Counted from the first letter of the stretch, positions 31,178-42,013 are shown. The stretch is 64,000 bases of DNA from an uncultured Pseudomonadota bacterium (GCA_963770835.1 CAVYRH010000002.1:128001-192000); one strand, 5' to 3'. The notes: generated by a model from the letters alone, not told the origin. A program made the numbers and translations.

Positions 31178-32209
31178 TTAAAATTGCCTTAAAAACCTCA
31201 AATCATTCTGGTAAAACAGGCGAATATCGTCGATATCATACTTGAACATGGCCACCCGTTCCACGCCCATGCCGAAGGCGAACCCGGACCACTTTTCGGG
31301 GTCTACCTTACAGTTCTCCAAAACTGCGGGGTGGATCATCCCACAGCCCATGATTTCCACCCAGCCCGATTGCTTGCAGATCCGGCAGCCCTTACCTTGG
31401 CAAAAGACACAGGAAATATCCACTTCGGCGCTGGGTTCGGTGAAGGGGAAGAAACTGGGCCTAAACCGTGTCTCTACCTTGGAGCCGAAGAACTTCTTGA
31501 CCCAATTGTCCAGGATCCCCTTCAAATGCCCGAAATGGACCCCTTCCGCCACTAAAAAACCGTCGACTTGGTGGAAAATGTGGTGGTGGGTGGCGTCCAC
31601 GGCCTCATTGCGGTAGACCTTTCCGGGCGCCACGATCTTTAAGGGTGGGGGGTGATTCTCCATCACATGAACTTGGAGGGTGGTGGTATGGGTTCTCAAC
31701 AGAAGCTCATCCGACAGGTAAAAAGTGTCATGGGCGTCCCGGGCAGGGTGGTCCAAGGGGAAATTGAGCCCCCGGAAATTGTAATAGTCCGTTTCAACGT
31801 CCGGGCCTTCCACCTGGTCAAACCCGAAACTCTTGAAGATGTCGCAAATTTCATGCTGGACCCGGGTGAGGGGATGCATTTTCCCCATGGGGGTTTGCCG
31901 TCCCGGCAGGGTGGGGTCCCATCCCTGGGGTAGTTCGGACCCGCCCTTACTTTCAAACTCCTCTTTTTTGTTCTCAAGAAGTTCGGCGATGCGGTTTTTA
32001 ACGTCATTAGAGGCTTTGCCGACCTGCGGCCTCATTTCCGGCGCGACTTGGTTCAAACCCTTGAGGATGTCGGTCACGAGGCCGTTTTTACCGAGGTATT
32101 TGACCCGGGTTTCCTCTAAGGCTTTGGAATCCCCAGCGTTTTGGATGGCTTGTTCGGCTTCTTTTAAGAGAAGTTCAAGACGTTCAATCAAATGATTCCC
32201 CAATGGCAA
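31178..32209 (-). CDS. pheS: Phenylalanine-tRNA ligase alpha subunit
   Basis: HPARDAHDTFY, FRPSFFPFTEPSAE, GFAFGMGVER. Confidence 0.97.
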   Translation of the reverse strand: MPLGNHLIERLELLLKEAEQAIQNAGDSKALEETRVKYLGKNGLVTDILKGLNQVAPEMRPQVGKASNDVKNRIAELLENKKEEFESKGGSELPQGWDPTLPGRQTPMGKMHPLTRVQHEICDIFKSFGFDQVEGPDVETDYYNFRGLNFPLDHPARDAHDTFYLSDELLLRTHTTTLQVHVMENHPPPLKIVAPGKVYRNEAVDATHHHIFHQVDGFLVAEGVHFGHLKGILDNWVKKFFGSKVETRFRPSFFPFTEPSAEVDISCVFCQGKGCRICKQSGWVEIMGCGMIHPAVLENCKVDPEKWSGFAFGMGVERVAMFKYDIDDIRLFYQNDLRFLRQF

Positions 32210-32278
32210 ATATGTTACGGACGCGCGAGGGTGTATTATTTAGATTTCAGGCGGAAATTTCACTAAGAAAACGCTGGA

Positions 32279-32443
32279 TTAGGAAAGGAAGGGCAGGCCG
32301 GATGGTTCTAATTCTTCGGACTTTTGGACTTTTTGAAGGTAGCGTAGATAAGCTTTGACCGAACCCGTTCTTTCAAAATCCTCCCACAAGGTTTCGGCGC
32401 TCTTATCGACCGTCAGTTCGAATTCGGTTGGAATGATTTTCAT
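32279..32443 (-). CDS. Small YqzL-like protein (54 aa; not in ORF track)
   Basis: MKIIPTEFELTVDKSAETLWEDFERTGSVKAYLRYLQK...; W-x2-F-x2-TG-x4-YL pattern. Confidence 0.55.
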   Translation of the reverse strand: MKIIPTEFELTVDKSAETLWEDFERTGSVKAYLRYLQKVQKSEELEPSGLPFLS

Positions 32444-32501
32444 GTTCAATTCTTCAGCTTTTTACTTGATTTTTGAAGTCTATCACCGCCCCACCACAGC
32501 G

Positions 32502-33338
32502 TCAAGAAAGGGGGGCCTGAAAATGCGCCCAAAACATGGCGATACTTGTCGCAACTCCCACATTGAGGGACTCCACTTGCCCGGCCATGGGGATACGGAT
32601 GGGCTCGCAAACTTTCAATAGTTCTTCCGGTAACCCTGCGCCTTCCGACCCCACCCAAAATGCCATGGGTGTTGAAAACTGCACTTCCTGCAATGGCCGC
32701 GCGGCTTGGGCCGCCAGGGCGTAAGAGTGGAAGCTTTTTTCGCCAAGCCAATCCTGGCAGTCTTCCCATTTCTCATTTTGGATAAATGGTATGCGGAACA
32801 AGGAACCCATGGAAGCCCGGACGACTTTCGGGTTGAAAGGATCACAGCACCCCCCAGTTAAAAACACCGACTGGATCCCAAAAGCCTCAGCGGACCGGAA
32901 AAGCGTGCCCATGTTGCCGGCGTCCTGCACTTGATAAACGGCCAAAATTCGGGAGAAAGGTTCCATGGGCCACTGTGCCGCCATTTTCCCGACCACCGCC
33001 AGGATGCCTTGGGGCGTGACCGTGTCGGAAACGTAGGAAATGATCTTGGAGGTTACTTCAAAACAGCGGACCTTTTCACGGTGGGCGGAGGCCAGGATTT
33101 CCTTCCCTTCCAGGTGATTCCAAGCTTCTTTTGTTGCGAAGATGAACCGGCACTTCAAACCGCTTTTCAAAGCCTCCTTTACTAAATGAAACCCCTCGCA
33201 GAGAAAATCCTCCAAATCCTTGGATTTCTTGGGGATTTTCAAGGAATAGGCGTGCTTGACCATGGAGTTCTGCACGCTTTCGATTTTGGTTAACTGTGTC
33301 ATGTCATTCTCATTTTTATGCCCACGGTGATTCAACAC
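32502..33338 (-). CDS. TrmH/SpoU-family RNA methyltransferase
   Basis: TPQGILAV, QDAGNMGTLFRSA, GSEGAGL, IPMAGQVESLNV. Confidence 0.92.
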   Translation of the reverse strand: MLNHRGHKNENDMTQLTKIESVQNSMVKHAYSLKIPKKSKDLEDFLCEGFHLVKEALKSGLKCRFIFATKEAWNHLEGKEILASAHREKVRCFEVTSKIISYVSDTVTPQGILAVVGKMAAQWPMEPFSRILAVYQVQDAGNMGTLFRSAEAFGIQSVFLTGGCCDPFNPKVVRASMGSLFRIPFIQNEKWEDCQDWLGEKSFHSYALAAQAARPLQEVQFSTPMAFWVGSEGAGLPEELLKVCEPIRIPMAGQVESLNVGVATSIAMFWAHFQAPLS

Positions 33339-33378
33339 CCTGGATAATTATGACCTCAAATAAACAACTTCTGAAAAC

Positions 33379-33422
33379 AAAAAAGCACCCCTCACATTCG
33401 CAGCGATGAAGGGTGCTTTTTT
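33379..33422. terminator. Intrinsic terminator after rplT (possibly bidirectional)
   Basis: AAAAAAGCACCC..GGGTGCTTTTTT. Confidence 0.75.
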
Positions 33423-33441
33423 GCTGAATCTATTGACTAGC

Positions 33442-33801
33442 TTAAGAAACCTTGGCTTTTTTTGCTTCTTCCACCAACTGGCGGAAAGCCTTGGGATCGG
33501 TAATGGCCAAATCGGCCAGGACCTTGCGGTCCAGGTCCACCGAGGCCAGTTTCAGCCCCCGGATGAACTGGCTGTACGACATCCCGTGCTCGCGGGTGGC
33601 CGCGTTGATGCGGGTGATCCAAAGGCGGCGGAAATCCCTTTTGCGGGCCTTGCGGTCGCGGAAAGCGTAATTCCCGGACCTTTTGGTTGCTTCCCGTACC
33701 GTGCGGTATTGGCGGCTCTTGGCCCCGAAATACCCTTTGGTGAGCTTGAAAAATTTCTTTTTTCTTTTTCTTTTCGCGACGGCGCGTTTGATTCTTGCCA
33801 T
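33442..33801 (-). CDS. rplT: 50S ribosomal protein L20
   Basis: MARIKR, KGYFG, RDFRRLWITRINAA, LDRKVLADLA. Confidence 0.98.
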   Translation of the reverse strand: MARIKRAVAKRKRKKKFFKLTKGYFGAKSRQYRTVREATKRSGNYAFRDRKARKRDFRRLWITRINAATREHGMSYSQFIRGLKLASVDLDRKVLADLAITDPKAFRQLVEEAKKAKVS

Positions 33802-33814
33802 GGTCTCTCTCCCC

Positions 33815-34014
33815 TTAAATCATCATCATTTTTTTCATACTGCGGGTGGCAGTGGGCCCAAGACGGGCTGCCGCTTCAATTGCCGCTTACGCTTGGACGA
33901 CTTGTGGGCCAATAGATGGCTCCGCCCGGATGTTTTTTTCACCATCAGTTTCCCGGTACCCGTCACTTTGAACCTTTTCAGCATGCTGTTTCTTGTCTTA
34001 GAACCTTTAGCCAT
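33815..34014 (-). CDS. rpmI: 50S ribosomal protein L35 (1-nt indel near 3' end; not in ORF track)
   Basis: [37 protein letters not shown] between infC and rplT. Confidence 0.9.
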
Positions 34015-34580
34015 TTTCCTCTTCCTTTTCTGTTAGCTGCTTCTTTCGACGGAGCCTTTGGGGCTTCGGCCTTGGCGGTGAAAACTGCCACGATCTGCAT
34101 CCCTTCATCCTTCGGCGGGGCTTCCAAATCGGCGATTTCGCCCAAATCCAAAATCACCCGGTCCATCAGCTGGCGCCCCAATTCCTTGTGGCTCATTTCC
34201 CTTCCGCGGAACAGCAAGCTCACTTTTACCTTGTCCCCATGGTCGAAAAACTTCCAGGCCATGTGGAGCTTGGTCTGGTAGTCGTGTTCGTCGATCTTCG
34301 GGCGGATTTTGAGTTCTTTGACCCTGATGATCCGTTGCTTCTTGGACGCTTCCTTTTCTTTTTTCCGTTGGGCGTACCTGAATTTGCCGTAATTCAAGAT
34401 ACGGCAAACCGGCGGAACCCCTTCTGGGGCCACTTCCACCAGGTCGAGGTTCCTTTCACGGGCGATTGTGAGAGCCTTGCTTAAATCAACGATTCCGAGT
34501 TGTTCACCGGCGTCACCAACCAGGCGGACCTGCCGGGCACGAATTTGATGATTGATCCTTAATTCCTTTGACGAAGAAAT
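33978..34580 (-). CDS. infC: Translation initiation factor IF-3 with ATT start
   Basis: RBS AGGAGGT, then in-frame ATT-TCT-TCG.. giving [38 protein letters not shown]. Confidence 0.93.
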   Translation of the reverse strand: MSSSKELRINHQIRARQVRLVGDAGEQLGIVDLSKALTIARERNLDLVEVAPEGVPPVCRILNYGKFRYAQRKKEKEASKKQRIIRVKELKIRPKIDEHDYQTKLHMAWKFFDHGDKVKVSLLFRGREMSHKELGRQLMDRVILDLGEIADLEAPPKDEGMQIVAVFTAKAEAPKAPSKEAANRKGRGKWLKVLRQETAC

Positions 34581-34609
34581 GTGGGTTACCTCCTGTAATT
34601 AGGGTTAAA

Positions 34610-34740
34610 ACAAAAAAACGGACCTCGCAAAGCAAGGTCCGTCCTTTAAATGAAAATATCCAAAACAAAAATTGTGGATACCATCAAAACCCGTTTGCAC
34701 CTAAAAGGGCTGCGGGTGAGGGACGGAGGCCCCTGCTTAC
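34610..34740 (-). promoter_or_regulatory. L20 leader-like attenuator upstream of infC-rpmI-rplT
   Basis: TAAGCAGGGGCCTCCGTCCCTCACCCG resembles the L20 leader 5' motif; terminator GGACGGACCTTGC-TTT-GCGAGGTCCGTTTTTTT whose 5' arm can alternatively pair with TCCGTCC. Confidence 0.6.
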
Positions 34741-34900
34741 CCTCATTTTCCTTGTCATTTCGGGCAAAGCCCGAACAGGGTAAATGAGGGTGACACAGTC
34801 TCCATTCGGGGCCAAAGGCCCCACCTGCCAAGGAAGAACTGTGTAGAGGGGAGAATATTAGCGGTTGGGACTTTTTTTGTAAAGCCCTTTGAAGGGTTGG

Positions 34901-36726
34901 TTAAAGCGGCAATTCCACATCTTCGAAATTATCCATGGTTCGCAACTGAATCATTTGGGCAAGTATCCCTTTGGCTTTTTCGGACGGAACTTGGACTTGT
35001 TTTTCAACGGCATAGCGGCGCCAGGTGACCGTCTGGTCCTTCACCTCATTGGCCCCGACGATCCAAATATTGGGGATCTTCTTGGTGACGGCGTTCCGGA
35101 CCTTTTTACCGAAGGAATCATTGGTCGGGTCCACTTCGGAGCGGATCATTTGATCCCGCAACTCGGCGGAAAGTTTCTCGGCATAGGGCAAAAATTCCTC
35201 CGCCACGGGGACAATTCTCACCTGGACAGGCGAAAGCCATGTTGGAAAAGCTCCCCCAAACCTTTCAATCAGGAACGAAATAAACCGTTCATGGGTCCCC
35301 AGGGGGGCGCGATGGATTACCAAGGGCCTTTGCTTGGATCCATCGGCCGCGGTGAACTCTAATTTAAACCGTTCCGGCGCGGTAAAATCCAGCTGGATCG
35401 TCGAAAGCGTCTCTTCCCTTCCAATCACGTTTTCCGTTTGGTAGTCCAATTTGGGCCCGTAAAAGGCGGCTTCGCCGGTGGCCTCTTCATAATCCACCTT
35501 CAATTCTTTCAACACCTCACGTAAGGTGTTCTCCGTTTTGACCCATAGTTCTTCATTATCAACGAATTTTTCCTTGTCCTGGTCATGCAGGGACAGGCGG
35601 ACCCAAACCTTTCCATGCGGAATTTCTTATAATAAAACTCCTGCATGGCGACGATCTTCTTGATCTCTTCCTTGACTTGATCCACGGTGCAATAAATGTG
35701 GGCGTCATTCATGGCGAGGGACCGCACCCGCAAAAGTCCCGCCAATTGCCCCGATTTCTCGAAACGGTAACAAGTGCCGTATTCGGCCAACCTCAATGGC
35801 AATTCCCTGTAGCTGCGCGGCCGGTTCAGGTAAATCATGTGGTGGTGGGGACAGTTCATGGGTTTCAAATAAAACTCTTCCGCGGGGGAATCCGCGTCCT
35901 TTTCCACAGTGCGCATTGGCGGAAACATGATGTCCTTGTAAAGCTGGAGATGGCCGGAAAGTTTATAAAGCTCCCCGTTGGCGATATTGGGCGTTGCGAC
36001 CCGGACATAGCCGTCCTTGAATTCCAACTCCTTGGCCAATTTTTCCAGTTCTTCGCGGATAACCGTTCCGTTGGGAAGCCATAAGGGGAGGCCTTTCCCC
36101 ACATGTTCATCAATGGTGAAGAGTTCCAGTTCCTGGCCTAGTTTTCGGTGGTCGCGCTTCAGCGCCAGTTCCCGGTTTTTGATAAATTCCTTGAGTTCAT
36201 TTTCCGAGGGAAAAGCCAAGCCGTAAATGCGGGTCAGCATGGGGCGTTTGGAATCGCCCCGCCAATAGCTCCCGGCAACCGAATCCAGTTTGAAGGACAT
36301 GACCGGAATTTTTGAAGTGTCGGGAACATGGGGTCCCTCGCACATGTCCACGAAGGGCCCACTGCTGTAGAAGCTCAACGATTCACCGGCATTTAAAAGT
36401 TCCTGGGCGTATTCCACTTTCAATTCCTGGCCCATACCTTCCAATTTCTTGAGGGCCTGTTCCTTGGGAAGGTCTTCCCTTTTGAATTCCTGCTTTTCCT
36501 GGATAATCTTGCGCATGCGTTTTTCGATGTCAGGCAGGTCGGTCTCGGTCAGAGGTTCGTCGAGCTTGAAATCGTAGTAAAAACCCGTGCGGATGGGGGG
36601 GCCGAATCCCAATTGGGCCTTGGGGCGCACTTGGAGAACCGCCTCCGCTAGGATATGGGCCAGGGAATGCCGCATCCGGAAAAGCGATTCGTCCATTTTA
36701 TGTTTTGGTTCGTATTTTTCGGACAT
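34901..36726 (-). CDS. thrS: Threonine-tRNA ligase (frameshift near 35600)
   Basis: RHSLAHILA, DMCEGPH, RDHRKLG, LKPMNCPHH, AAFYGPKLD, IHRAPLGTHERF. Confidence 0.96.
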
Positions 36727-36789
36727 GGGATTCGCCTATCGAGGATAAAAGATGACCTGCCATACGATGCCGCAATATTCAGGCCTAGC

Positions 36790-36856
36790 CCCCCCTACGC
36801 TGAAGCTCCGGAGGGCATACTTCGCAACAGATTGACTGTTGAAGGAAGCGAAGTAT
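36790..36856. repeat. REP-like palindromes downstream of tRNA-Val
   Basis: CCCTACGCTGAAGCTCCGGAGGG and ATACTTCGC..GCGAAGTAT hairpins. Confidence 0.45.
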
Positions 36857-36932
36857 GGTGGGCGTAACTGGACTCGAACCAGTGACCCCTTCCATGTCAA
36901 GGAAGTACTCTAACCAGCTGAGCTATACGCCC
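36856..36932 (-). tRNA. tRNA-Val(GAC)
   Basis: GGGCGTATAGCTCAGCTGGTTAGAG..CTTCC-TTGACAT-GGAAG..GGTTCGAGTCC..ACCA. Confidence 0.96.
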
Positions 36933-37022
36933 ACGTACCTAAAAACGGCTTTTCAAACATCTTCCCGAAAAGGGACTATTCTTATAAGGCTTTCACCGGC
37001 ATGTTTCAACAGTTTTGAGGCC

Positions 37023-37697
37023 TTATTGTGCCAGGATGCCCTTGATCCCTTCCGAAATGTCCAGGAACTTGTCGTTGTAATCCGCCTGGCTTAAGCGGAT
37101 CACCTCGAAAGCCTCGTCCCGGCCGTAGGTGTGGGTGATTTCCGTCCTGCCCAGGCTCACGGAGGGAAAATCCTTGTAGGTCAAAAAATAATGGCGCAAG
37201 CGGTCAATGAGGTTGTGGGGACAGTCATTGATGTCGGTCATATTCCCATAGACCAAGTCCCCCCGTAACACTGCGATGATTTTGTCATCCGCTTCGCCAT
37301 TGTCGATCATTCGCAAGCCGCCAATGGGCTTGGCCTCCACCATGATGTCGCTTTTGAAAATGGGCCTTTCGGACAAAATACAGATGTCCAGGGGATCCAA
37401 ATCGCCGCTGATGCGGTCCAATTTCATTTTTTTGGCGAAGAATTCGGCCACTTTGGGCCCGCAATAGGTCCGTGGAATGAAGCCATAAAGAGAAGGGCAT
37501 TGGCTGGAAAAAGCCTGCGGACGGTCCAGTTTCAGGAAGCCTGTCGCCTTGTCCACCTCATATTTGACCGTGTCCGTGGGAGTAATCTCAACATAGGCGT
37601 TAACAACCGTGGGGGCATTCTTCCCAAGGTCCATTCCATGCCATGGATGATGCCGAAAAAGGAACTTTGCGTATTTGGAAAAAACCTCATCCGCCAT
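37023..37697 (-). CDS. ppa: Family I inorganic pyrophosphatase
   Basis: HPWHG, VKYEVDK..LDRP, YGFIPRT, DLDPLDI, DDKIIAV. Confidence 0.93.
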   Translation of the reverse strand: MADEVFSKYAKFLFRHHPWHGMDLGKNAPTVVNAYVEITPTDTVKYEVDKATGFLKLDRPQAFSSQCPSLYGFIPRTYCGPKVAEFFAKKMKLDRISGDLDPLDICILSERPIFKSDIMVEAKPIGGLRMIDNGEADDKIIAVLRGDLVYGNMTDINDCPHNLIDRLRHYFLTYKDFPSVSLGRTEITHTYGRDEAFEVIRLSQADYNDKFLDISEGIKGILAQ

Positions 37698-38286
37698 TTA
37701 TGTCTCCTCCGTGATGCCCCTCAAGTCGTTCCATCCGGTAAAGCTCCAGAGATTCCTTGATGTCCTTAAAAAAGGGAAGATTTTTGTCTTTTTCCGACAA
37801 AGTGGGATTGGAGACAGGCCATTGGATTTTCAAGTCCGGATCATCCCAACGGACTCCGATCTCGTCCGAGGCGTCGTAATGATCCGTGCACTTATATTCC
37901 ACTTCAGCTGAAGGGCTGATTACGCAAAACCCATGAAAAAAACGAGGAGGCACGAAAAGCTGGAGGAAATTCTCGTGGGACAACAGCTCTCCCACCCACT
38001 GACCGAAAGTCGGTGAATCGGGCCGGGCATCCACGGCCACATCGAAAATCTCACCTTGGACCACCCGGATGAGTTTGCCTTGGGGCTTTCGAAGCTGGGC
38101 ATGCAGGCCCCGCAAAGTTCCCTTCATGGAATGGGAATGGTTGTCTTGGACAAAACGAACTTTTATGCCCGCTTCCTCGTATTTTTGGGAATCATAGGAC
38201 TCTAGAAAAAAACCGCGTTTGTCCCTATAAACATCCGGTTGAACTAAAATGACATCCTTGATTTGGGTCGGTGTGAAACGCATCAA
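37687..38286 (-). CDS. rfbC: dTDP-4-dehydrorhamnose 3,5-epimerase
   Basis: DKRGFF, FVQDNHS, TLRGLH, DVAVDAR, HGF. Confidence 0.95.
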   Translation of the reverse strand: MMRFTPTQIKDVILVQPDVYRDKRGFFLESYDSQKYEEAGIKVRFVQDNHSHSMKGTLRGLHAQLRKPQGKLIRVVQGEIFDVAVDARPDSPTFGQWVGELLSHENFLQLFVPPRFFHGFCVISPSAEVEYKCTDHYDASDEIGVRWDDPDLKIQWPVSNPTLSEKDKNLPFFKDIKESLELYRMERLEGHHGGDINGG

Positions 38287-39170
38287 TCGTCCTGTTTCAA
38301 GATGGTTTCGAGATACTGGGCGTAGCCGCTGGGACTGATCTTGCGGATCAGCGCTTCGAGTTCCCCCCGGGTGATAAAACCCTGTTTATAGGCGATTTCT
38401 TCCACGCAAGCCACTTTCAATCCTTGCCGGTCCTCGATGGTTTGGATGAATTGGGAAGCTTGCATCAAGGATTCGGGAGTCCCCGTGTCCAGCCACGCCA
38501 CACCCCGGCCCAGTTTTTCAACTTTCAAATGCCCAAGCCTCAGGTAAGCCCGGTTCACGTCCGTGATCTCCAACTCCCCCCGGGCCGATGGCTTCAAGGA
38601 AGCGGCGATGGAAACTACTTGGTTGTCGTAAAAGTAAAGACCCGTGACGGCAAAGGGTGATTTTGGTTTGATGGGTTTTTCCCGGATGTCCAAGGCTTTC
38701 CCATTACGGTCAAACTCTACTACCCCATAGCGTTCGGGGTCCCTGACCCAATAGGCGAAGATGGTGGCGCCCGACTTCTGCCGCGCGGCTTGTTGGAGCT
38801 GTCCCGTCAAACCATAGCCGTAGAAAATGTTATCGCCGAGCACAAGGGCCACTGGGTCCTTGCCGATGAACTTTTTCCCGATGCGGAAAGCCTGGGCGAT
38901 CCCTCCGGGGCGCTTTTGCGCCGCATATTGAAGCCGAAGTCCCAGGGAACGCCCGTCCCCCAGGAGTTTCCGGAAATGGGGCAAGTCGTGGGGCGTTGAA
39001 ATCACAAGAATTTCACGGATCCCCGCGAGCATCAAAACCGAAAGGGGATAATAAATCATGGGTTTGTTGTAGACCGGGAGGAGCTGTTTACTGACCGCCT
39101 TCGTTATCGGATAAAGGCGCGTGCCCGTGCCCCCGGCCAAAAGAATGCCCTTCATTTTTACCTTTCCCAC
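38283..39170 (-). CDS. rfbA: Glucose-1-phosphate thymidylyltransferase
   Basis: [46 protein letters not shown]. Confidence 0.97.
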   Translation of the reverse strand: MGKVKMKGILLAGGTGTRLYPITKAVSKQLLPVYNKPMIYYPLSVLMLAGIREILVISTPHDLPHFRKLLGDGRSLGLRLQYAAQKRPGGIAQAFRIGKKFIGKDPVALVLGDNIFYGYGLTGQLQQAARQKSGATIFAYWVRDPERYGVVEFDRNGKALDIREKPIKPKSPFAVTGLYFYDNQVVSIAASLKPSARGELEITDVNRAYLRLGHLKVEKLGRGVAWLDTGTPESLMQASQFIQTIEDRQGLKVACVEEIAYKQGFITRGELEALIRKISPSGYAQYLETILKQDD

Positions 39171-39210
39171 GGCGTAGGTTTAAAAACCGTGGCTTTTCAA
39201 ATACCTATCG

Positions 39211-40296
39211 TTAGGCCAATAGTCCCAGTCTTTGCCGCCGATAATTTCCTTCTTGGACCTTCCGGCACCAATCCAAGTGGCCCAAGTACCACCGCACGGT
39301 CGCTTCCATACCCGTCTCAAAGGAATGGCGCGGTTTCCACCCCAATTCCAGGCGTATCTTGGTGGCATCGATAGCATACCGCCTGTCATGCCCCGGACGG
39401 TCCTTCACAAACGACACGAGATTACTATAGTCCGATAGCCCTTTTTTCAAAAGTGCCGGGTTGCCGGACGCAGGAAAAATCTTCTGTAATTGCCGGCAGA
39501 GGGTTTGCACGACCTCCAGGTTTGTTTTTTCACTGTTCCCCCCAACGTTGTACTTTTCCCCCGGCCGCCCGTGGCTCATAACCCGCCAAAGAGCCTCGCA
39601 ATGGTCTTCCACGTAAAGCCAGTCCCGGACGTTTTTACCATCACCGTAAACCGGCAAAGGCTTACCCTCCAGTGCGTTCAAGATCATTAAGGGAATCAGC
39701 TTTTCAGGGAATTGGAAGGGCCCATAATTATTCGAGCAGTTAGTCAACACGGCCGGCAGCCCATAGGTTTCGTGGTATGCCCTTACCAAGTGGTCGGCTC
39801 CCGCCTTTGTTGCGGCGTAAGGCGAATTGGGGGCATATGGGGTGTTTTCCGAGAAAAACCCCTTCGGTCCCAGGCTTCCGTAGACCTCGTCGGTGGAAAC
39901 GTGTAAAAACCGGAACCTCCTTCGGGCCGGTCCTTGAAGCCCCGCCCAATAAAACCGGGCCGCCTCCAAGAGCTGGAAAGTTCCCTCGACATTGGTGCGG
40001 ACAAAAGCGTCGGGGTCCTCGATAGACCGGTCGACGTGGCTTTCGGCGGCGAAATTAAAAATCAACCGCGGCTGGAATCGCCGGTAAAGGGCCCGGACTT
40101 GGCTCGGAAGGGCCACATCCCCCTTTACAAAAAAAAGCTTCCCGCTTTTAAGGGCTTTTTGAAGGTTGAGTTTGTTTCCCGCATAGGTCAGTTTGTCGAA
40201 GACAACAATACGGTAAGCGGGTGCATGGGAAAGAAGGTAATAAACGAAGTTGGAGCCGATGAACCCCGCCCCGCCCGTCACGATGATGGTTTGCAT
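39211..40296 (-). CDS. rfbB: dTDP-glucose 4,6-dehydratase
   Basis: TGGAGFIGS, AAESHVDRS, HVSTDEVYG, YAATK, DRPGHDRRYAID. Confidence 0.97.
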   Translation of the reverse strand: MQTIIVTGGAGFIGSNFVYYLLSHAPAYRIVVFDKLTYAGNKLNLQKALKSGKLFFVKGDVALPSQVRALYRRFQPRLIFNFAAESHVDRSIEDPDAFVRTNVEGTFQLLEAARFYWAGLQGPARRRFRFLHVSTDEVYGSLGPKGFFSENTPYAPNSPYAATKAGADHLVRAYHETYGLPAVLTNCSNNYGPFQFPEKLIPLMILNALEGKPLPVYGDGKNVRDWLYVEDHCEALWRVMSHGRPGEKYNVGGNSEKTNLEVVQTLCRQLQKIFPASGNPALLKKGLSDYSNLVSFVKDRPGHDRRYAIDATKIRLELGWKPRHSFETGMEATVRWYLGHLDWCRKVQEGNYRRQRLGLLA

Positions 40297-40360
40297 AGAG
40301 TACCTGTCGGCTGAAATGGCGGCGTTTAATTATAACGAAACGGACCTGGAGACGGCCAGA

Positions 40361-41926
40361 TTACTGGTGGGCCGGTTTTAAAAGATCGAATACGCTCTTG
40401 ACGGGGTTGAAGGTTTCCAAGGGGACCTCCACAAACAGGGTGATCCAATGGGCCATGGCCCCATTCCAAAGGCCCGGCAACTCAAGGGCCTTCAGTTCCC
40501 GTCCACCCAGTGACTTTGTGCTGATAAAGATGGCGCTGGGGTCGGTGTATTTCTTCAAATTGAAGGGTTTTCCCTTCCAATCCCGGACCCCGCAAACCAA
40601 GTCCACGGGATTGAAATGGGTGGATCTTTCGAAGATTTCCCTTTGGTCCTTGCGCTCCAGGTCGATTTGGGGTTTTTCCACGATCTGAAGCGAAATTCCC
40701 CCCCCCGAATCCCTCAACCAGTAAGGCCCGCCACCAGGTTCCCCCTGGGCCGGTACGGCGCCGCAAACCCGCAAAGGACGGTTTAAAAGCTCCTTCAGGC
40801 GGCGGACTTGGACTTTCTCCGGAAGGTTTTTAAAATCCTCTCCCAAATCCAGACCCAGTTCCCCTTGGGCGAATAGGATGGCCTGTCGGAGGGTCCGGGG
40901 AGGAACCTTTTTGGCATGGAGTCTTTTCAGTGTCTTGAAGATTCCTTCCTGGACCTTGACCAAGTACCCCCCCAAGGCCTTTTTCCAGTGGACCGTCGTT
41001 TCCAATCGGTGCTCCAGGGTTACGTTGTCGATGTTTTTGATATAGACCAGGTCGGCCTTGAGCCGGTTGAGGTTTTCCAAAAGGGCGCCATGGCCCGCGG
41101 GACGGAACACCAGTTTCCCTCTCTCGTCGCGGAAGGGCTGATTTCCCTTATCCACCGCCAGGGTGTTAGTACCCGAGCCTTGGACGGAAAAATCCAGGTC
41201 AAATTCTACCTTGTATTTTTTCTCGTAATTCTCCCTCACTGTCATGAAATGGCCGCGGCAAGCCTCCTCATGCTCCTCAGAGACCGTGAAGTGGATACGG
41301 CACCGCTTTGAGCGGTCTTTCACATATTGGACTCCTTCCACAAGTTGTTCCTCCAAGGGAGTCCTTTCCCCGGAGGGGTAGCCGTGGAACTGGACCAGCC
41401 CTTTGGGCTTTTGTGCGTAATTAAGTCCCTCGGGTAGGAGAAGGATGCGGAGGATATCCTGGAACCGGCCCTCCCGGCGAAGAGTCTCCAAATTCTGGTC
41501 GTGCTTGGAAAGGACCCGGCCCAATTCGTTGAAGAAGGCGAACCGGGAAAGGGCATCCATGAACCCCAGGAATTGCCTGCTTTCTTCCTCACCTGCCAGC
41601 ACTTCCCTTTTCAAATCTTCGGCCGAAAAGGGTTCCCGTTGGAAAAACTTCATCAACAAGTGGAACATGCGGCTGGCGGCCCCCGATGCGGGGACGAATT
41701 TGCTGAACCGCCCCTGTAGCGCGGCTTTTCTATACTTTTTAAGGGATTGCTTTTGACGGGCGGGATTCAACCGCCGGATACCGTCGCCTAGCGTGGCGGG
41801 CCGGACCAACTCGGCAAAGGGAGGAGGATTCCGGAAAAGCTCTATTTGCCGGGAGGCTTCGGCCGGATCAACCCCCAGCGCCTTCATTTGGTTTAAGTCG
41901 TCGGTGGTCCAAGAAATGGAAGCCAT
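40361..41926 (-). CDS. DUF4301 family protein
   Basis: KFVPASGAASRMF, FRPAGHGAL, KNIDNV, GEPGGGP, THFNPVDLVCG, ALELPGLWNGAMA. Confidence 0.88.
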   Translation of the reverse strand: MASISWTTDDLNQMKALGVDPAEASRQIELFRNPPPFAELVRPATLGDGIRRLNPARQKQSLKKYRKAALQGRFSKFVPASGAASRMFHLLMKFFQREPFSAEDLKREVLAGEEESRQFLGFMDALSRFAFFNELGRVLSKHDQNLETLRREGRFQDILRILLLPEGLNYAQKPKGLVQFHGYPSGERTPLEEQLVEGVQYVKDRSKRCRIHFTVSEEHEEACRGHFMTVRENYEKKYKVEFDLDFSVQGSGTNTLAVDKGNQPFRDERGKLVFRPAGHGALLENLNRLKADLVYIKNIDNVTLEHRLETTVHWKKALGGYLVKVQEGIFKTLKRLHAKKVPPRTLRQAILFAQGELGLDLGEDFKNLPEKVQVRRLKELLNRPLRVCGAVPAQGEPGGGPYWLRDSGGGISLQIVEKPQIDLERKDQREIFERSTHFNPVDLVCGVRDWKGKPFNLKKYTDPSAIFISTKSLGGRELKALELPGLWNGAMAHWITLFVEVPLETFNPVKSVFDLLKPAHQ

Positions 41927-42013
41927 GAAAAGTCCATGAGAAGGATGCGTTTTTCAGAGTTAGTGCCTTGAGTTTAAGGGAAGATCGTGAACTTAAACCC
42001 GTATTTAAAAAAG

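Noticed and set aside
33978..34030. 37-nt infC/rpmI overlap as a regulatory feature
   Set aside because: The IF3 tail is non-conserved-looking and could result from an indel removing the true stop
35509..35620. Programmed frameshift or natural split of thrS
   Set aside because: Essential gene broken mid-domain without an obvious slippery site; consistent with sequencing error
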